Source of the DNA: Escherichia phage vB_EcoA_fTuEco01 | Length of the DNA: 44,320 nt | Reading direction: 5' to 3' (one strand) | Sequence record: MZ031013.1 | Shown here: positions 41,464 through 44,320 of the stretch, one piece after another | Position numbering within the stretch: position 1 is the stretch's first letter | Layout of the letters: every line of letters begins with the position of its first letter | Made by a program: the position numbers and the translations under genes | Notes under the pieces: model-generated | Seen by the model: only the letters and a program-made list of their open reading frames with translations | Told to the model about the DNA's origin: nothing | Databases searched by the model: none

Positions 41464-43899
41464 ATGATTCAAAGACTAGGTTCTTCATTAGTTAAATTCA
41501 AGAGTAAAATAGCAGGTGCAATCTGGCGTAACTTGGATGACAAGCTCACCGAGGTTGTATCGCTTAAAGATTTTGGAGCCAAAGGTGATGGTAAGACAAA
41601 CGACCAAGATGCAGTAAATGCAGCGATGGCTTCAGGTAAGAGAATTGACGGTGCTGGTGCTACTTACAAAGTATCATCTTTACCTGATATGGAGCGATTC
41701 TATAACACCCGCTTCGTATGGGAACGTTTAGCAGGTCAACCTCTTTACTATGTGAGTAAAGGTTTTATCAATGGTGAACTATATAAAATCACGGATAACC
41801 CTTATTACAATGCTTGGCCTCAAGACAAAGCGTTTGTATATGAGAACGTGATATATGCACCTTACATGGGTAGTGACCGTCATGGTGTTAGTCGTCTGCA
41901 TGTATCATGGGTTAAGTCTGGTGACGATGGTCAAACATGGTCTACTCCAGAGTGGTTAACTGATCTGCATCCAGATTACCCTACAGTGAACTATCATTGT
42001 ATGAGTATGGGTGTATGTCGCAACCGTCTGTTTGCCATGATTGAAACACGTACTTTAGCCAAGAACGCACTAACCAATTGTGCATTGTGGGATCGTCCTA
42101 TGTCTCGTAGTCTGCATCTTACTGGTGGTATCACTAAGGCTGCAAATCAGCGTTATGCAACAATCCATGTACCTGATCACGGATTATTCGTGGGCGATTT
42201 TGTTAACTTCTCTAATTCTGCGGTAACAGGTGTAACTGGTGATATGAAAGTTGCAACAGTTATAGATAAGGACAACTTCACGGTTCTTACAGCCAATCAG
42301 CAGACCTCTGATTTGAACAATGCTGGAAAGAATTGGCACATGGGTACTTCCTTCCATAAGTCTCCATGGCGTAAGACAGATCTTGGCCTGATACCTCGTG
42401 TTACTGAAGTTCATAGCTTTGCTACTATTGATAACAATGGCTTTGTTATGGGTTATCACCAAGGCGACGTAGCTCCACGCGAAGTTGGTCTTTTCTACTT
42501 CCCTGATGCTTTTAACAATCCATCTAATTATGTTCGTCGTCAGATACCCTCTGAGTACGAACCGGATGCGGCAGAGCCATGCATCAAGTACTATGACGGT
42601 GTGTTATACCTTATCACTCGTGGTACTCGTGGTGACAGTCTTGGAAGCTCTTTGCATCGCAGTAGAGATATAGGTCAAACTTGGGAGTCACTAAGATTTC
42701 CACATAATGTGCATCATACTACTTTACCGTTTGCTAAGGTAGGAGATGATCTTATTATGTTTGGTTCAGAACGTGCAGAAAATGAATGGGAAGCAGGTGC
42801 ACCTGATGATCGTTACAAGGCATCTTACCCCCGCACCTTCTATGCACGATTGAATGTAAACAAGTGGAGTGCAGATGACATTGAATGGGTTAACATCACA
42901 GACCAAATCTATCAGGGTGACATTGTTAACTCCAGTGTAGGTGTAGGTTCGGTGGTAGTTAAAGACAGTTACATTTACTATATCTTTGGTGGTGAAAACC
43001 ATTTCAACCCAATGACTTATGGTGACAACAAAGATAAAGACCCATTTATTGGACATGGACACCCTACTGATATATACTGCTATAAGATGCAGATTGCAAA
43101 TGACAGTCGTGTATCTCGTAAGTTTACATATGGTGCAACTCCAGGTCAGGCTATACCTACCTTCATGGGTACTGATGGTATTCGTACTATCCCTGCTCCA
43201 CTTCACTTATCAGGAGAGGTAGTTGCCGCAGATATGACTGTCGAACATCTTACCCTGAAGGCAAGTACAAGTGCTAATATTCGCTCAGAGATGCTGATGG
43301 AAGGTGAATATGGGTTCATTGGTAAGACTATACCAACGGATAACCCAACCGCACAACGTGTTATCATCTCGGGTGGAGAAGGTACAGCAGCAGATAAAGG
43401 TGCTCAGATTACCCTACATGGAGCAGGTTCTAGTACTTCTAGACGCGCAGTGTATAATGCCAATGAGCACTTGTTCCAAAGTGGGGCTATCATGCCATAC
43501 AACGATAACCTGTACCCTGCTGGCGGTCCTCATAATAGATTCACCACTATCCATCTTACAAGTGACCCTATTATTACATCGGATGCCACTCATAAGTATG
43601 GCTCACAAGGTATTGATGAGAGTGTACTAAAGGCATGGGGTAAGGTTGCCTTCAAGCAGTACAAGTTGATTGGCGAGATGTCTCGTGGTGTGCATCACAC
43701 TCACTTTGGTGTATTGGCACAAGACATTGTAGCTGCTTTTGCATCCGAAGGGTTAGATGCAATCGACTTCGGCATTGTCTCCTTCGAAGAAGGTCAGTTT
43801 GGTGTTAGATATAGTGAAATCTTAATCTTGGAGGCTGCTTATACTCGCTATCGTTTAGACAAGTTAGAGGAGATGTATGCCACTAATAAAAGCAGTTAA
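41464..43899 (+). CDS. Tailspike endo-N-acetylneuraminidase (endosialidase) with C-terminal intramolecular chaperone domain, 811 aa
   Basis: Two sialidase Asp-box motifs (SGDDGQTW and SRDIGQTW), a C-terminal region typical of self-cleaving tailspike chaperone domains, AAAGGAGG RBS, and a length of 811 aa that matches K1E/K1-5 endosialidases as I recall them. Confidence 0.8.
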   Translation: MIQRLGSSLVKFKSKIAGAIWRNLDDKLTEVVSLKDFGAKGDGKTNDQDAVNAAMASGKRIDGAGATYKVSSLPDMERFYNTRFVWERLAGQPLYYVSKGFINGELYKITDNPYYNAWPQDKAFVYENVIYAPYMGSDRHGVSRLHVSWVKSGDDGQTWSTPEWLTDLHPDYPTVNYHCMSMGVCRNRLFAMIETRTLAKNALTNCALWDRPMSRSLHLTGGITKAANQRYATIHVPDHGLFVGDFVNFSNSAVTGVTGDMKVATVIDKDNFTVLTANQQTSDLNNAGKNWHMGTSFHKSPWRKTDLGLIPRVTEVHSFATIDNNGFVMGYHQGDVAPREVGLFYFPDAFNNPSNYVRRQIPSEYEPDAAEPCIKYYDGVLYLITRGTRGDSLGSSLHRSRDIGQTWESLRFPHNVHHTTLPFAKVGDDLIMFGSERAENEWEAGAPDDRYKASYPRTFYARLNVNKWSADDIEWVNITDQIYQGDIVNSSVGVGSVVVKDSYIYYIFGGENHFNPMTYGDNKDKDPFIGHGHPTDIYCYKMQIANDSRVSRKFTYGATPGQAIPTFMGTDGIRTIPAPLHLSGEVVAADMTVEHLTLKASTSANIRSEMLMEGEYGFIGKTIPTDNPTAQRVIISGGEGTAADKGAQITLHGAGSSTSRRAVYNANEHLFQSGAIMPYNDNLYPAGGPHNRFTTIHLTSDPIITSDATHKYGSQGIDESVLKAWGKVAFKQYKLIGEMSRGVHHTHFGVLAQDIVAAFASEGLDAIDFGIVSFEEGQFGVRYSEILILEAAYTRYRLDKLEEMYATNKSS

Positions 43900-44026
43900 G
43901 CAAGCGGCTGTACGCCAGAACACAGAAGAACTTATTCAATCAGGACGTGACCATAAGCAGGCTTATGCCATTGCTAAGGATGTACAACGTCGTGCCATGA
44001 AGAAACCTTCTGCATCTTCTGCGTAA
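43877..44026 (+). CDS. Hypothetical small basic protein, 49 aa (T7 gene 19.5-like position)
   Basis: AGGAG RBS inside the 3' end of the tailspike gene; ATG at 43877 in the +1 frame; the last gene before the right-end repeats. Confidence 0.3.
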   Translation: MPLIKAVKQAAVRQNTEELIQSGRDHKQAYAIAKDVQRRAMKKPSASSA

Positions 44027-44164
44027 GCAGGTTAATATCTTAGTGTACACAAGGGCAGACCTATGATAGCTCACAGCACACCTATGAGTGCCGCTCTGGA
44101 GTCTATGACTTGTCCCCTGACTATCTAGGTTTGCTCTTAGTGTGTGTTTCAAAAGGAGGTATGT

Positions 44165-44254
44165 ATGCTGTATATAATGGCTGGTAGCTTATGGGTAATC
44201 ATGGCTTTCTTCTTTATAGCATGGTTATTAGGTTGGAGGCCAAGATGTTCATAG
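44165..44254 (+). CDS. Hypothetical hydrophobic peptide, 29 aa
   Basis: AAAAGGAGGT RBS 5 nt upstream; a single hydrophobic segment. Confidence 0.25.
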   Translation: MLYIMAGSLWVIMAFFFIAWLLGWRPRCS

Positions 44255-44320
44255 GGCGCACCTTAGTGTTGTACAAGGATTAACCAAAGTCAAAATTTTG
44301 ATATAGGCGTGTGTGAGGTG

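Noticed and set aside
42766-43206. Minus-strand ORF of 146 aa inside the endosialidase gene
   Set aside because: Antisense to the tailspike CDS; likely a chance open frame.
43940-44152. Minus-strand ORF of 70 aa at the right end
   Set aside because: Antisense, no RBS, and overlaps the better-supported + strand small ORF and the repeat region.
1-44320. tRNA, rRNA, integrase or transposase genes
   Set aside because: No cloverleaf-like conserved tRNA features or recombinase motifs were seen by eye. Consistent with a strictly lytic T7-like phage, though a tRNA scan was not run.

Overview
This window reads as a near-complete genome of a T7-supergroup podophage (Autographiviridae) of the SP6/K1E/K1-5-like lineage; every supported gene is on the + strand. 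All calls were made by eye from the sequence and ORF track, with no database search, so start codons (chosen by RBS and stop-start overlap) and product names are inferences from motifs and gene order. From left to right: a T7-like left end (CGCCCT x3, CCCCATATGGGG palindrome) followed by a dense array of CTTAGT short repeats; an early region of small ORFs separated by repeated hairpin elements, including a clear homologue of T7 Ocr; a single-subunit RNA polymerase; a replication module (primase-helicase, family A DNA polymerase, FEN-like exonuclease, endonuclease VII-type resolvase, metallophosphoesterase, ATP-dependent ligase, GNAT acetyltransferase); a structural module (portal, scaffold, capsid, tail tubular A/B, three internal virion proteins, tail-fiber-like adaptor); terminase; an M15 endolysin with overlapping spanins; and an 811-aa tailspike with sialidase Asp-boxes preceded by a 111-aa ORF. 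At least 12 phage-type promoters share the consensus ATTTAC(T/C)GGACACTATAGAAG (SP6-like), three of them embedded in coding sequence. The most unusual signals are a 16-bp palindrome GTCTCACATGTGAGAC present at 6 intergenic sites (plus a degenerate copy), a putative replication origin immediately after the RNAP gene, three tandem paralogous small genes after the terminase, and recurring TAGGTWA-rich AT blocks downstream of three promoters. The right terminal repeat is not in the window.
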